A stretch of 64,000 nucleotides of DNA from an uncultured Chloroflexia bacterium. GTDB lineage: Bacteria > Chloroflexota > Chloroflexia > Thermomicrobiales > UBA6265. A program made the translations under genes and the position numbers. The notes beneath the pieces are model-generated. The model did no database searches and was not told the DNA's origin. It saw nothing but the letters and a program-made list of their open reading frames with translations. The stretch is from positions 128,001 through 192,000 of the forward strand of contig CAVRUC010000007.1 in the NCBI GenBank assembly GCA_963724295.1, in the 5' to 3' direction. This document shows, one piece after another, positions 23,241 through 36,028 of the stretch (its first letter is position 1; every line of letters starts with the position of its first letter).

Positions 23241-23315
23241 TGGAGCGGAAGACGGGATTCGAACCCGCGACCTTCTCCTTGGCAAGGAGATGCTCTACCA
23301 CTGAGCCACTTCCGC
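23241..23315 (-). tRNA. tRNA-Gly(GCC)
   Basis: GCGGAAGTGGCTCAGTGGTAGAGCATCTCCTTGCCAAGGAGA...GGTTCGAATCCCGTCTTCCGCTCCA. Confidence 0.97.
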
Positions 23316-23332
23316 GTCGAATCTGCCCAAGT

Positions 23333-23361
23333 ATGATAGCCAGGCGTCATAACCCCGTCAA
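23333..23361 (-). promoter_or_regulatory. Promoter of tRNA-Gly/tRNA-Leu
   Basis: Minus strand TTGACG-N17-TATCAT. Confidence 0.75.
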
Positions 23362-23425
23362 CTCGTCCGAGCCGGTCTCGGTCCCCGTGGCTCGGCCAGA
23401 AAGCGAAGAACACCAGGAGACATCG

Positions 23426-24316
23426 ATGCCAGGTTCGATTCTGCCCGGAACGCTGGTCGGTCCTAAATGGCTTGTCGAGCGGTTGACCCATCCGGAACTC
23501 CGGATCGTCGACATTCGCGGCTACGTCAAGACCGAGGATCTCGGCGAGGGGCGGCAGCACGCCGAGTATGTCGGCGCGCGCGATGAGTATGACCGCGAGC
23601 ACATCCCGGGCTCGGTCTTTGTCGACTGGACGACCGACATCGTCGACCTCGACCACGAGGTCAAAGCGCAGGTGGCTCCAGCGGACCGGTTCTCCGAGGC
23701 CATGAGCCGCCGCGGCATTGGCGGCGAGACAGACATCGTCGTCGTCGATCACACCGGCGGACACTTTGCGACCCGGCTCTGGTGGGCGCTGAAGTACTAC
23801 GGCCACGATCGTGTTGCGGTGCTCGACGGCGGGTTCAACCGGTGGAAGTCGCTTGGCTTGCCCGTGACTGACGCGCTACCCGAGGTGCAGCGGCGCACAT
23901 TCACCGCACGGGAAAGACCGTCACTTCGCGTCGAGGCGGAGGAGCTTCTGGCAAAGATCCAGGAGGGGTCCAGCGTCGTCGTCGATGCGCGGGATCCCGC
24001 ACAGTACACGGGAGCGATTCGGAGGGGGGCGCGCGGCGGGCATGTGCCGACGGCGGTCAACATCTGGGCGAAGTCGCTGGTAAATGACGATGGCACGTGG
24101 AAATCGGACGACGAACTGCGAGAGGTCCTCGCGGCCGGCGGTGTACGGGCTGACGCTCCCGTTGTGGCCTACTGCAACGGTGGGGTGACGGCGACCGGCG
24201 TCCTGTTTGCCCTGGACCGCACTGGCCACCAATCCTGGGCGAACTACGATGGCTCCTGGAACGAATGGGGAGAGCGACTCGAGCTCCCGGTTGTGGAAGG
24301 TACGGAACCCGGTTAG
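23426..24316 (+). CDS. Tandem-rhodanese sulfurtransferase (SseA/TST family)
   Basis: HIPGSVF, ATRLWWALKYYGH, LDGG, RGGHVPTA, YCNGGVTA, NYDGSWNEW. ATG at 23426 after AGGAG. Confidence 0.92.
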   Translation: MPGSILPGTLVGPKWLVERLTHPELRIVDIRGYVKTEDLGEGRQHAEYVGARDEYDREHIPGSVFVDWTTDIVDLDHEVKAQVAPADRFSEAMSRRGIGGETDIVVVDHTGGHFATRLWWALKYYGHDRVAVLDGGFNRWKSLGLPVTDALPEVQRRTFTARERPSLRVEAEELLAKIQEGSSVVVDARDPAQYTGAIRRGARGGHVPTAVNIWAKSLVNDDGTWKSDDELREVLAAGGVRADAPVVAYCNGGVTATGVLFALDRTGHQSWANYDGSWNEWGERLELPVVEGTEPG

Positions 24317-24350
24317 ATCCTCATGGCCGGGCTCCGGCAATCGGAGTGGG

Positions 24351-24426
24351 TGGTGCCAAGGGGCAGACTCGAACTGCCGACCGCACGATTTTCAGTCGTG
24401 AGCTCTACCAACTGAGCTACCTTGGC
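24351..24426 (-). tRNA. tRNA-Phe(GAA)
   Basis: GCCAAGGTAGCTCAGTTGGTAGAGCTCACGACTGAAAATCGTG...GTTCGAGTCTGCCCCTTGGCACCA. Confidence 0.97.
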
Positions 24427-24444
24427 GCGGGCCGCGGCCTCGAC

Positions 24445-24520
24445 TGGTGGGCGATAGAGGGCTCGAACCTCTGACATCCACGGTGTAAACGTGGCGCTCT
24501 TCCAGCTGAGCTAATCGCCC
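24445..24520 (-). tRNA. tRNA-Val(TAC)
   Basis: GGGCGATTAGCTCAGCTGGAAGAGCGCCACGTTTACACCGTGG...GGTTCGAGCCCTCTATCGCCCACCA. Confidence 0.96.
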
Positions 24521-24540
24521 GAGGCTGGCTTCTGACGCGG

Positions 24541-24625
24541 TGCCCAGGAAAGGATTTGAACCTTCACGCCCTAAACGGGCACTAGCCCCTCAAGCTAGCG
24601 CGTCTGCCAGTTCCGCCACCTGGGC
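24541..24625 (-). tRNA. tRNA-Leu(GAG), CCA not fully encoded (followed by CCG)
   Basis: GCCCAGG acceptor stem, CTAGC-TTGAGGG-GCTAG anticodon arm, long variable arm, GGTTCAAATCC. Confidence 0.95.
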
Positions 24626-24654
24626 AAGCCATTGCAACCGCACGGCACCACGGG

Positions 24655-24684
24655 ATTATAGGGATCGTGTCGGTACAGCGTCAA
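24655..24684 (-). promoter_or_regulatory. Promoter of the tRNA Leu-Val-Phe cluster
   Basis: Minus strand TTGACG-N18-TATAAT. Confidence 0.75.
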
Positions 24685-25003
24685 CTCAATTTGTCGGCCC
24701 GCGGCCGGCTTCACAGCTGCGATTTGCGCCAGCAGAACGCAGGTTCGGTAGCCGTCCAGGGCACGTCCGGGATTCGAATCGAATTCCGCTGCCGCCGGCA
24801 TATCTGATCTCGCGCCGATAGAGATCCAGTGGCTGGTGAGAAGTCGGCCGATCAGGCTGAGTGTCTGCGGCAATGCCGCCGCCCGACGTCACTTGCCCAC
24901 ACCAACGACCGCCATTGACCGCGTATCCTTTTGGGTACTGAAGCATTCGGTTTGCGCGCGGCCGACCGCCGTCCGCGGCGCTGCGATGGAAGGTTTGGGT
25001 GGC

Positions 25004-25981
25004 ATGGCGATGGGCCGGCAGGGGAATGGAAGGCCGAAGGTCAGCGTGATCGGCGCTGGGATGGTCGGCGGGGCGGTCGCGCAGTATCTCGCGCTTCGCG
25101 ACTATGCCGACATCGTCCTCGTCGATATTGTCGAAGGTCTTCCCCAGGGCAAGGCCCTGGATCTGGCAGAGACGGCGCCGGTATTGGGCTATGACAGCAG
25201 CATCACCGGCGGCAACGGGTACGAGGACACTGCCGCGTCCGACGTCATCGTCATCACCTCCGGGATCGCTCGCAAGCCCGGTATGAGCCGCGATGACTTG
25301 CTGCGCACCAACATGGGTATCGTGCGCTCCGTCACCCAGCAGGCAACGCAGAAGTCACCGGACGCCGTCCTGATCGTCGTCTCCAATCCACTCGACGCGA
25401 TGTGCCATGTAGCATTCGAGACTGCGGATTTTCCACGCGAGCGAGTGATCGGCATGGCCGGGGTGCTCGACTCCGCGCGATTCCGCACCTTTATCGCGGA
25501 AGCGACCGATGTTTCAGTCGAGGACGTCAGCGCCATGGTGCTCGGTGGGCATGGCGACACGATGGTTCCGATATCGCGCTACTCGACAGTCGCCGGCGTG
25601 CCGATCACACAGATTCTGGAACCCGATCAGGTCAAAGCGCTCGAAGAGCGGACCGCCAACGGCGGCGCCGAAATCGTCTCGTTGCTGAAAACCGGGAGCG
25701 CATACCAGGCACCCGGCGCGTCGGTTGTGGAGATGGTCGATTCGATCCTCCTCGACAAGCGGCGCGTGTTGCCCTGCAGCGTCTACCTCCAGGGCGAGTA
25801 TGGAATCGATGGCTTGTTCGTCGGCGTCCCGGTAAAGCTGGGACGCGAGGGAGTGAGACAGATCATCGAGCTCTCGTTGACGGCCGAGGAGTTGGCCGCG
25901 CTCAAGAAGTCCGCGGCGGCGGTGCAGGACCTCGTCGACTCGATGGCGCGCCTCGATGCTGAGGCCGCATCAGGAGCGTAA
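25004..25981 (+). CDS. mdh: Malate dehydrogenase (LDH-like type)
   Basis: [59 protein letters not shown]. Exact start uncertain (24986/25004/25010). Confidence 0.94.
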   Translation: MAMGRQGNGRPKVSVIGAGMVGGAVAQYLALRDYADIVLVDIVEGLPQGKALDLAETAPVLGYDSSITGGNGYEDTAASDVIVITSGIARKPGMSRDDLLRTNMGIVRSVTQQATQKSPDAVLIVVSNPLDAMCHVAFETADFPRERVIGMAGVLDSARFRTFIAEATDVSVEDVSAMVLGGHGDTMVPISRYSTVAGVPITQILEPDQVKALEERTANGGAEIVSLLKTGSAYQAPGASVVEMVDSILLDKRRVLPCSVYLQGEYGIDGLFVGVPVKLGREGVRQIIELSLTAEELAALKKSAAAVQDLVDSMARLDAEAASGA

Positions 25982-26000
25982 GGCAGCAGGGGCACCCGAC

Positions 26001-27282
26001 GTGCCAGAACCGATAACGCCGCTGATCGAACGTCCCTGGGAAGACGTGGAGCGCATGCTCGACGTTGATTCCGCACTGGAGCAGGTCCTCTCGGCATTCT
26101 CGCCGCTGGAACCGATCACGTTGCCATTGCTCGACGCCGCGGACATGGTCCTGGCGGCTGACGTCGTCGCCATCAATGATGTGCCGCCGTTCCGCAACTC
26201 GGCGATGGATGGCTATGCGGTCCGGGCGGTAGACACGGCGCCCGGCCACCTGGGCGGCGCCGGTCGAGCTGCCGGTCACCGCTCACGTAGCCGCCGGCCA
26301 GTCCGACGTGCCCCGGCTTGGCTTCGGTGAGGCGATCCGGATCATGACCGGGGCGCCGCTGCCGGAGGGGGCCGACGCGGTGGTGCGCTTCGAAGAGACC
26401 GATGAATCGGGTTCTACTGGTCAGGCGGGACGAGGCAGAGTGCTCGTCTATCGCGCGGCGCGCCATCTCGACAACGTCCGCGAGGCTGGCGAGGACATCG
26501 CTTGTGGTACGTGCGTGGCCCGCCGCGGACAGGTGCTGCGGCCAACAGACCTCGGGCTGATCGCTTCGGTTGGTGAGCCGAGCGTCCGGGTCCATCGGCG
26601 CCCGGTCATTGGCGTCCTTTCGACGGGAAACGAGGTCACGCCGCCGGGTGACCGCCTGGCTCCCGGGACGATCCGTGACAGTAACTCATTCGTCATCGGC
26701 GCGCTTGCTCGTTCCTGGGGCGCGAACGTCCGTCTGCTCGGTATCGCGCGCGACTCTGTCGTGGATCTCACGGGACGACTCGACGAGGCAAGCGACGTCG
26801 ACCTGATCGTGACCTCCGGCGGCGTATCGCTGGGCGACTACGACCTGGTGAAGGATGTCCTCAAGTCCGAAGGCGAGGTCACGATCTGGCAGGTCCGCAT
26901 GAAACCGGGAAAGCCGCTGGCATTCGGACACATCGGAACCACGCTTTTGCTTGGGCTTCCGGGGAACCCGGTGGCGGCGGCGGTCAGCTTCATCGTCTTT
27001 GGTAGACCCGCGATCCGCATGATGCTCGGGCACCAGCAGACCGAGCCGCGAATGGTGGAGGTCGTGGCCGCGGAAGGGATCGACAATCGCGGTCAGCGCC
27101 GTCACTACGTGCGGGTGCGCCTGGAACCAGCCGATAGCGGCCCGCCGGTAGCTCGAATCGCCGGTGAGCAAGGAGCCGGGGTCCTCAGCTCGCTCGCCGC
27201 GGCCGATGCCCTGATGATCGTGCCCGAGTCTATGGAGCGCGTTCATCCCGGAACCCGATTGCGAGCCATCCTCCTCGACTGA
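26001..27282 (+). CDS. moeA: Molybdopterin molybdotransferase MoeA (one +1 frameshift at about 26244)
   Basis: [15 protein letters not shown] in the first frame; [54 protein letters not shown] in the second. Confidence 0.93.
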
Positions 27283-27385
27283 CACGTCCGCGATCCGCAC
27301 TGATTGCGGCAATGCCGCTAGACTCTTCCTCGCGACCACCAATAAGCCTGCAACGATTCGCTCGATAGGGATATTCGGAGGAAAC

Positions 27386-28396
27386 ATGGTGCAGAGATTT
27401 GGGGCCCTCGACTCGATGCGCACCATGCTGGGTGTCCTGCGCGAGGTCAGCCTCGACGAAATTCGGGAGCAAGCGGAAACACCGCCCCGCCTCCTCATCG
27501 TGGGACCCAACACGGATCAGGCGCGCCGCCTCGGTCTGGAGGTGACCGGTCCCGAGGGCCAATCCGCGACCGTGGTTCGGGCGGTGGATGAACCGATCGA
27601 GACGGTCGGACAGATTGACGCCGCGGTCGTCTGGGATCCGGAGAGGACTGGCGCCGGATCGCGCGTCGCAGAGGCGTTGCGTTTCGAATCGCCACCGGTT
27701 CAGATCGTTCGCTTCGAGGGATCGACACCCGAAGACTCAGACGCGATCCACCGGCTACGCGCCGATATCGTGAAGCGCAACGCGGACCGGGCGCCGGCAT
27801 TCGGTCGCGCGTGGCCGGTCTTTCGAGCCGCCGCGGCGAAGCAGGTCATCGACGAAACGGCCGCTGCCAACGCGCAGTTCTCGCTGGTGACGAACTTGCC
27901 GGCGATCTTACCGGTGATTGGGAACATCGCCGCCGCCGGCGCAGACTTCATCGTTCTGACCAAGAACCAGGTGATGATGCTCTACAAGCTTGCCGCCGTG
28001 TTCGGACGCGACCTGCGCGACCAGCGGGGAATTTTGCTTGACGTACTTCCGGTTGTCGGGGCCGGTCTGTTCTGGAGGACCGCGGCGCGCCAGGCGGCGA
28101 CCTGGTTGCCCTTTGCGGCTGGGACGATCCCCAAATTGGCGATTGCGTACGTCGGGACGATGGCGGTCGGCCGCGCGGCGGAGTTCTACTACCGCACGGG
28201 ATTGGAGCCGACGCGGTCAGAGTGGAATCAGTTCACGCGGCAAGCCGCCGAAGCGCTGCGCCAGCGCGATCTGGCCGGGCTGCGACGGGCATTCAAGAAG
28301 AACGGCGTGGACTCCGCGACCGCCGCAAATCAAGCGTCAGCGGTCATTCCCGAGATGCATCAGCCTCACGATCCGGCCTCAGGCAGTGATGCGTAG
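27386..28396 (+). CDS. Hypothetical protein with DUF697/YcjF-like C-terminal domain
   Basis: AAGADFIVLTKNQVMMLYKLAAVFG and ..IAYVGTMAVGRAA..YY pattern; GGAGG RBS. Confidence 0.6.
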   Translation: MVQRFGALDSMRTMLGVLREVSLDEIREQAETPPRLLIVGPNTDQARRLGLEVTGPEGQSATVVRAVDEPIETVGQIDAAVVWDPERTGAGSRVAEALRFESPPVQIVRFEGSTPEDSDAIHRLRADIVKRNADRAPAFGRAWPVFRAAAAKQVIDETAAANAQFSLVTNLPAILPVIGNIAAAGADFIVLTKNQVMMLYKLAAVFGRDLRDQRGILLDVLPVVGAGLFWRTAARQAATWLPFAAGTIPKLAIAYVGTMAVGRAAEFYYRTGLEPTRSEWNQFTRQAAEALRQRDLAGLRRAFKKNGVDSATAANQASAVIPEMHQPHDPASGSDA

Positions 28397-28408
28397 GTCG
28401 CGGGAGCT

Positions 28409-29906
28409 CTAGATAGCCCATCCGCGGGAGCGATCGACGGCGAGTCGCCACACCGCATACCGGCTCTCGCGCTCCGCTGCGCCGATCGTGGGTTCAAAGA
28501 CCCGGTCGATTTCCCACTGATCCAGCAACGTCGATTGATCGGGCCAGAGCCCGCAGCCGAGACCGGCGAGAAATGCGGCGCCGACGGCCGTTGTCTCGAC
28601 ATTTTGTGGCCGGATTACCGGGACGCCGAGGATGTCAGCCTGGATCTGCATCAGGAGCTCGTTGCGAGCCGCACCTCCATCGACCCGCAGGCTCGTCAAC
28701 CGGATCCCTGAGTCCGCGGACATGGCGTCGATGACATCGCGGGCTTGAAAGGCGATCGCTTCGAGCGTGGCGCGGGCAATATGGGCCGCCGTCGATCCGC
28801 GCGTAAGTCCGAGAATCGTTCCTCGAGCCGCGGCGTCCCAGTGGGGAGCGCCGAGCCCGGTCAACGCGGGAACGACCGTAACTCCTCCTGCGTCCGGGAC
28901 CGACGACGCGAGCAGTTCGACGTCCTGAATGGTCTCGATGATGCCGAGACCATCGCGCAGCCATTCCACAGCTGCCCCGCTGATAAAGACCGAACCCTCC
29001 AGCGCGTAGTCGACCCGCTCGCCGATCTTCCAGGCGATCGTCGAAAGCAGCTCGATGGGTCGAGCTCTTCACTTCTTCTCCAGTATTCATGAGGAGAAAT
29101 GAGCCGGTCCCATACGTGTTCTTGGCCTCTCCCGGGGCGAAGCAGGTCTGCCCGAAGAGTGCGGCCTGCTGATCGCCGGCGATCCCCGAAATGGGGATCT
29201 CGCCACCGAATAGCTCAGGCAAGGTCAGAGCGCTGACCCCCGCGCTGGCTACAACACGAGGCAGCATCCGCGGCGGGATCGCCATGTCCTGGAGGAGGTC
29301 GGTCGACCATTCGAGTGTCCGGATGTCGAAGAGCATGGTTCGGGAGGCGTTGGAGACATCGGTCGCGTGGAGGGCGCCTCCGGTCAGATTCCACAGCAGC
29401 CAGGAGTCGACCGTACCGGCAAGCAGCTCTCCGCCTTCCGCGCGCCGCCGCAGGCCGGGGTCTTCCTCGAGGAGCCAGGCGAGTTTTGATGCCGTGAAGT
29501 AGGCGTCCGGGACTAGCCCGGTCGTGCTCTGGTATATCGGCCCCATGCCCCTCGCCAGCAGAGCGTCGACTTGCGGTTGGCTCTGGCGGCTCTGCCAGAC
29601 GATCGCCGGTGACACCGCGGTGCACGTATCTCGCTCCCAGACAACGAGCGTCTCTCGCTGGTTCACGATGCCGATGCCAGCAACATCACTTCCGGACAAT
29701 CCGGCTTGATGAAGAGCGGCGCGAGCCGTCTCGAGTGTTGTCGTCCAGATTTCAGCCGCATCCTGGTTGACCCAGCCTGGACTCGGGTACAGCTGGGTCG
29801 TTGGCTGCTGGGCAACCGAGCACTCACGCGCGAGCTCGTCGAAGACCATGGCTCTGCTGGAGGTCGTTCCCTGATCGAGCGCGAGAATGTGGTTGGCGGT
29901 TCCCAT
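28409..29906 (-). CDS. glpK: Glycerol kinase (one +1 frameshift at about 29051)
   Basis: [45 protein letters not shown]; then [35 protein letters not shown] in the next frame. Confidence 0.95.
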
Positions 29907-29999
29907 CGAGCTTCAGCCTTGCCATCAATCGGTCAGTGGCCACCTGGCCGGTGACTATACTGGTCGGCTGCGCAATCTGAGGTCACTCTCGAGGAGCGT

Positions 30000-31667
30000 G
30001 TGAGCACCATCGACCGCATCGTGCTGATCGGGTTCAGCGGTACGGGCAAGACGAGCGTCGCGCGCTGCCTCGCGCAACGGCTTGGATGGTCGGCGGCCGA
30101 CTCGGACGTGGAGATCGAGCGGCAGTGGGGAGCAAGCATCCCGACGATCTTCCGGGATCATGGCGAGGCCACATTCCGCTCCAGCGAACGCGGCATCCTC
30201 GGACAGCTGCTAACTCGTGGACAGGTGGTTATAGCCACCGGCGGTGGTGCTGCGGTCGATCCTGGCGTGTGGGACGAGAATATGCTCGGCCGCGAGGGAA
30301 CGCTCGTCATCGCCCTCGACGCCTGCTCCGAGACGATACTCGCCCGGCTGCAGGAACAAGCTGTTGAAGAGGGCGAAACGGTTGAGCGACCGCTACTGGC
30401 GGGTTCTGATCCGCTCGCGCGCATTCAGGATCTCAAGGCCGGGAGGCAATCAATTTACGACCGAGCCCACCTGACAATTTCCTCGGAGGGCGTTTCGGTC
30501 GATGAACTTGCCGACGAGATTGCAGCGCTTTGTCATAATGCGGACGGTCAACCACTCAGCGTTCGCCTCGACGCAACGTCGGGGGCGTCGGACATCCGGG
30601 TTGGACCCGGCATTATTTCACGAACTGGAGAGTGGATTCGCCATCGCTGGCCGAATGCGCGGCGGGCGTGGATCGTCACGGACGGGAATGTCGGACCGTT
30701 GCATGCCGCCTCGGCCGAAGCCGGGCTGGGCGCAGCGGGGTTCGCGGTATCGACCCACGCGGTAGCTCCTGGTGAAGGAAGCAAGAGCCTTGCTACCGCC
30801 GGCGAGCTTTACAACTGGCTTCTTGGAGGCGGCGTCGAGCGAGGCGACGTCGTCGTGGCCCTGGGGGGAGGGGTTGTCGGCGATCTTGCCGGCTTTGTTG
30901 CGGCAACAGTGTTGCGTGGCATCGGCCTGGTGCAGATCCCGACGAGTCTTCTGGCGGCGGTCGACAGCAGTGTCGGGGGTAAGACGGGCATCAATCACGC
31001 GGTTGGAAAGAACCTGATCGGAGCCTTTCTCCAACCGGCCCTGGTTATCGTCGACACCAAACTCCTTCGGACCATGCCTTGCCGTGAACGTCGCTCGGGG
31101 TGGGCTGAAGTGGTCAAGCACGCCGTGATCCAGCGCTCGACGCCGGGCGGAGAACGAGCTGACCTTTCCCAGGTTCTGGCTCGCAACGCGGCGCGACTCT
31201 CGCAGCTCGAGGAGCCGACTACTTCCTACGTCGTGTGGCGGAACATCGCCCTCAAGGCAGCTGTCGTGGCGGCAGATGAGCGCGAGGCCGGAATCCGCGC
31301 ATTTCTCAACTTTGGCCATACCCTTGGTCATGCCATTGAAGCGTCAGACTACCACCTCCTGCATGGCGAAGCGGTCGCGCTTGGAATGCGAGCCGCGAGC
31401 GAGTTGGGTGTTCTGTCTGGCACATGTGCGCGTCCGGAGGTCGAGAAAATCGGGCGACTCATCGACCAGTTCGACCTTCCATCGTCCGCGGAATTGCAGG
31501 AATCGCGAGTCGTCGGCCTATTGGAAAGTGACAAGAAACGGGTCGCCGGTCGCCAGCGGTTTGTGCTACCGCTCGACGGTGGTGGCGTCGTGATTCGGGA
31601 TGACGTCGCAGTCGAAGCAGTGCGCGAAGCCCTCAGGTCCGTCAACGCCGCTCGCTCGCCCGAGTGA
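30000..31667 (+). CDS. aroB: Bifunctional shikimate kinase / 3-dehydroquinate synthase (AroK-AroB fusion)
   Basis: N-terminal LIGFSGTGKTSV, ATGGG, RPLL; C-terminal ALGGGVVGDLAGF, VDSSVGGKTGIN, KNLIGAF, LNFGHTLGHAIE, HGEAV. Confidence 0.94.
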   Translation: MSTIDRIVLIGFSGTGKTSVARCLAQRLGWSAADSDVEIERQWGASIPTIFRDHGEATFRSSERGILGQLLTRGQVVIATGGGAAVDPGVWDENMLGREGTLVIALDACSETILARLQEQAVEEGETVERPLLAGSDPLARIQDLKAGRQSIYDRAHLTISSEGVSVDELADEIAALCHNADGQPLSVRLDATSGASDIRVGPGIISRTGEWIRHRWPNARRAWIVTDGNVGPLHAASAEAGLGAAGFAVSTHAVAPGEGSKSLATAGELYNWLLGGGVERGDVVVALGGGVVGDLAGFVAATVLRGIGLVQIPTSLLAAVDSSVGGKTGINHAVGKNLIGAFLQPALVIVDTKLLRTMPCRERRSGWAEVVKHAVIQRSTPGGERADLSQVLARNAARLSQLEEPTTSYVVWRNIALKAAVVAADEREAGIRAFLNFGHTLGHAIEASDYHLLHGEAVALGMRAASELGVLSGTCARPEVEKIGRLIDQFDLPSSAELQESRVVGLLESDKKRVAGRQRFVLPLDGGGVVIRDDVAVEAVREALRSVNAARSPE

Positions 31668-31737
31668 ACCTGGCTCCTGGCCTCATGCTATCCTCCGGCA
31701 GTTGTGCGATTTTCCTGTTCTGGAGGCCCTGACAACG

Positions 31738-34072
<2,335 letters not shown>

Positions 34073-34179
34073 GCGATTGCCTGGGCTGGTGTCCGCGGGC
34101 CACTGGCCGTGGTGCGCGGCTTGCATGGCGCGACCGGACAACAAGGCGGAACAGATCGCAGACGAAGACGCTCGAGGAG

Positions 34180-35418
34180 ATGATGGGCAACCACGGCGAC
34201 AGCTGGATGACTGCGCAGCGAACGTATTTCACGTCGGAGTCGGTGACCGAGGGTCACCCCGACAAGGTCTGCGATCAGATCTCCGACGCGGTCCTGGATG
34301 CGGTTCTGCGCCTCGATCCCGAAGCCCACGTGGCATGCGAGACGGCGACTACGACGGGAATGATTCTCGTCTTTGGCGAAATCTCGACGACCTCGTACGT
34401 CGATATTCCGGCGGTCGTGCGCGACACCATCCAGAAGATCGGCTACACGCATTCCACCCATGGGTTCGATGCGAATACCTGCGGCGTGATTGTCGCCATC
34501 AAGGACCAGAGCCCGGAAATCCTGAGCGGCGTTGCCCGTGCGGTCGAGGTTCGCTCCGGCGAACAGATCGACCGATTCGATCGTGTCGGCGCAGGTGATC
34601 AGGGGATGATGATCGGGTTTGCCTGCAACGAGACGTCCGAGTTGATGCCGCTTCCGATCTCGCTCGCTCATGGTCTCTGTCGCCGGCTCGCTTTGGCGCG
34701 CAAGAGCGGCGAGATTCCGTGGCTTCTCCCAGATGGCAAGTCCCAGGTGACCGTGGAGTATCACCGCGGGAAGCCAGCTCGGGTCGATACCGTTGTCGTG
34801 TCAACTCAGCATCTGGCCGACGTTTCGAACGAAGAGATCGAGCGGACGATCGTGGAGTCGGTGGTTCGGCGGGTGATCCCTGATGAGCTGCTCGACGACG
34901 AGACTTTGTTCCTCATCAATCCCAGCGGTCGATTCGAGATCGGCGGGCCGATGGCCGATGCCGGGCTGACGGGACGCAAGATCATCGTCGATACGTACGG
35001 GGGTATGGCCCGCCATGGCGGGGGAGCGTTCTCGGGGAAAGACGCCACGAAGGTTGATCGATCGGCCGCCTATGCCGCGCGCCACGTCGCAAAGAATGTG
35101 GTCGCGGCGGGTCTCGCCGACCGCTTCGAAGTCCAGGTCTCGTATGCGATCGGTAAGGCCCGACCCGTCTCATTCATGATCGAGACCTTCGGCACCGGCC
35201 GGGTGCCGGACGACCTCATCCTCGAACTGATCGAGCAGCATTTCGACCTGCGACCCGCGGCGATTATCGAGTCGATGTCGCTGAAACAGCCGATCTTCCA
35301 GCAGACGGCGGCGTACGGCCACTTCGGCCGAGATGATATCGACGTGCCATGGGAGCGGACCGACAAGGCAGACGTCCTGGCACGTGCCGCGGGGATCGCT
35401 GTCGCGTCTCCAGTCTGA
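34180..35418 (+). CDS. metK: S-adenosylmethionine synthetase
   Basis: [55 protein letters not shown]. Confidence 0.97.
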   Translation: MMGNHGDSWMTAQRTYFTSESVTEGHPDKVCDQISDAVLDAVLRLDPEAHVACETATTTGMILVFGEISTTSYVDIPAVVRDTIQKIGYTHSTHGFDANTCGVIVAIKDQSPEILSGVARAVEVRSGEQIDRFDRVGAGDQGMMIGFACNETSELMPLPISLAHGLCRRLALARKSGEIPWLLPDGKSQVTVEYHRGKPARVDTVVVSTQHLADVSNEEIERTIVESVVRRVIPDELLDDETLFLINPSGRFEIGGPMADAGLTGRKIIVDTYGGMARHGGGAFSGKDATKVDRSAAYAARHVAKNVVAAGLADRFEVQVSYAIGKARPVSFMIETFGTGRVPDDLILELIEQHFDLRPAAIIESMSLKQPIFQQTAAYGHFGRDDIDVPWERTDKADVLARAAGIAVASPV

Positions 35419-35480
35419 TCGAGTGCCTGCAATGTTTGCCAAGTTTGCCAACTTTACCTGCGCTCGCTTCGTCCCCGGCC

Positions 35481-35586
35481 CGCGGCTGCGGTTCGGCCGA
35501 TGAACACCACCTACCTGTGAATGCAGCCTGATTCAGAGCGGTAGGTGGAACGGGCTACCGAGTTGAATACCCGGAGCGGCACCGCG
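35481..35586 (+). ncRNA. Candidate structured ncRNA (6S-like rod with central bubble)
   Basis: By-eye pairing: CGCGGcTGCgGTTC with GAGCgGCACCGCG (closing stem); CCACCTACC with GGTAGGTGG and TGAAT with ATTCA (apical stem); unpaired centre. Confidence 0.4.
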
Positions 35587-35599
35587 CATCCCGAGGTCA

Positions 35600-36028
35600 T
35601 CACCTCTTGGTGATTGTGAGCAACCCGCGGTCATCGATCTCGATCAAATCCCCTGTTTCGATTCCGAGGCGATCCTGATCTGTAATGACAACCAGGGGCG
35701 GGTGAGTCGCGTAGAGCTCGTCACCCAGGATGCAGCCAAGGCTGATCACCGGGTCGAGGCGCGAGGTGATGATCGCGGCCGGAGCCGTGCCGTTGTGGAT
35801 GGACTCCAGGAGCACGCCGCTTCCGGAGCACGACCCCCGCCCTGAGGGAATGACCAGCACCCGGCCGGTGGCCAACTGCCCATCCAGTGGGTGTCGCCGG
35901 TCGATGATGACCCCGGTCTCAGGATCGAACCCTCCCCAGAAGCTCAGCGGCGCATCAGCCACAAGTGCCGCGCCACGGGCCGAACCGCTTGTCACCGGCT
36001 GACCCGTGACCACTCTTACGCGTGCCAC
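35600..36028 (-). CDS. Aconitase X swivel subunit (DUF126)
   Basis: PLSFWGGFDPETGVIIDRRHPL, GRGSCSGS, APAAII. GTG start at 36028 overlapping the upstream stop. Confidence 0.88.
   Translation of the reverse strand: MARVRVVTGQPVTSGSARGAALVADAPLSFWGGFDPETGVIIDRRHPLDGQLATGRVLVIPSGRGSCSGSGVLLESIHNGTAPAAIITSRLDPVISLGCILGDELYATHPPLVVITDQDRLGIETGDLIEIDDRGLLTITKR

Noticed and set aside
24768..24788. Imperfect palindrome CGGGATTCGA-A-TCGAATTCCG resembling a tRNA T-arm
   Set aside because: No acceptor or anticodon arms around it, and its function cannot be supported.
29985..30000. SAH-riboswitch-like GAGGAGCG upstream of aroKB
   Set aside because: Explained as the RBS; the rest of the aptamer is absent.
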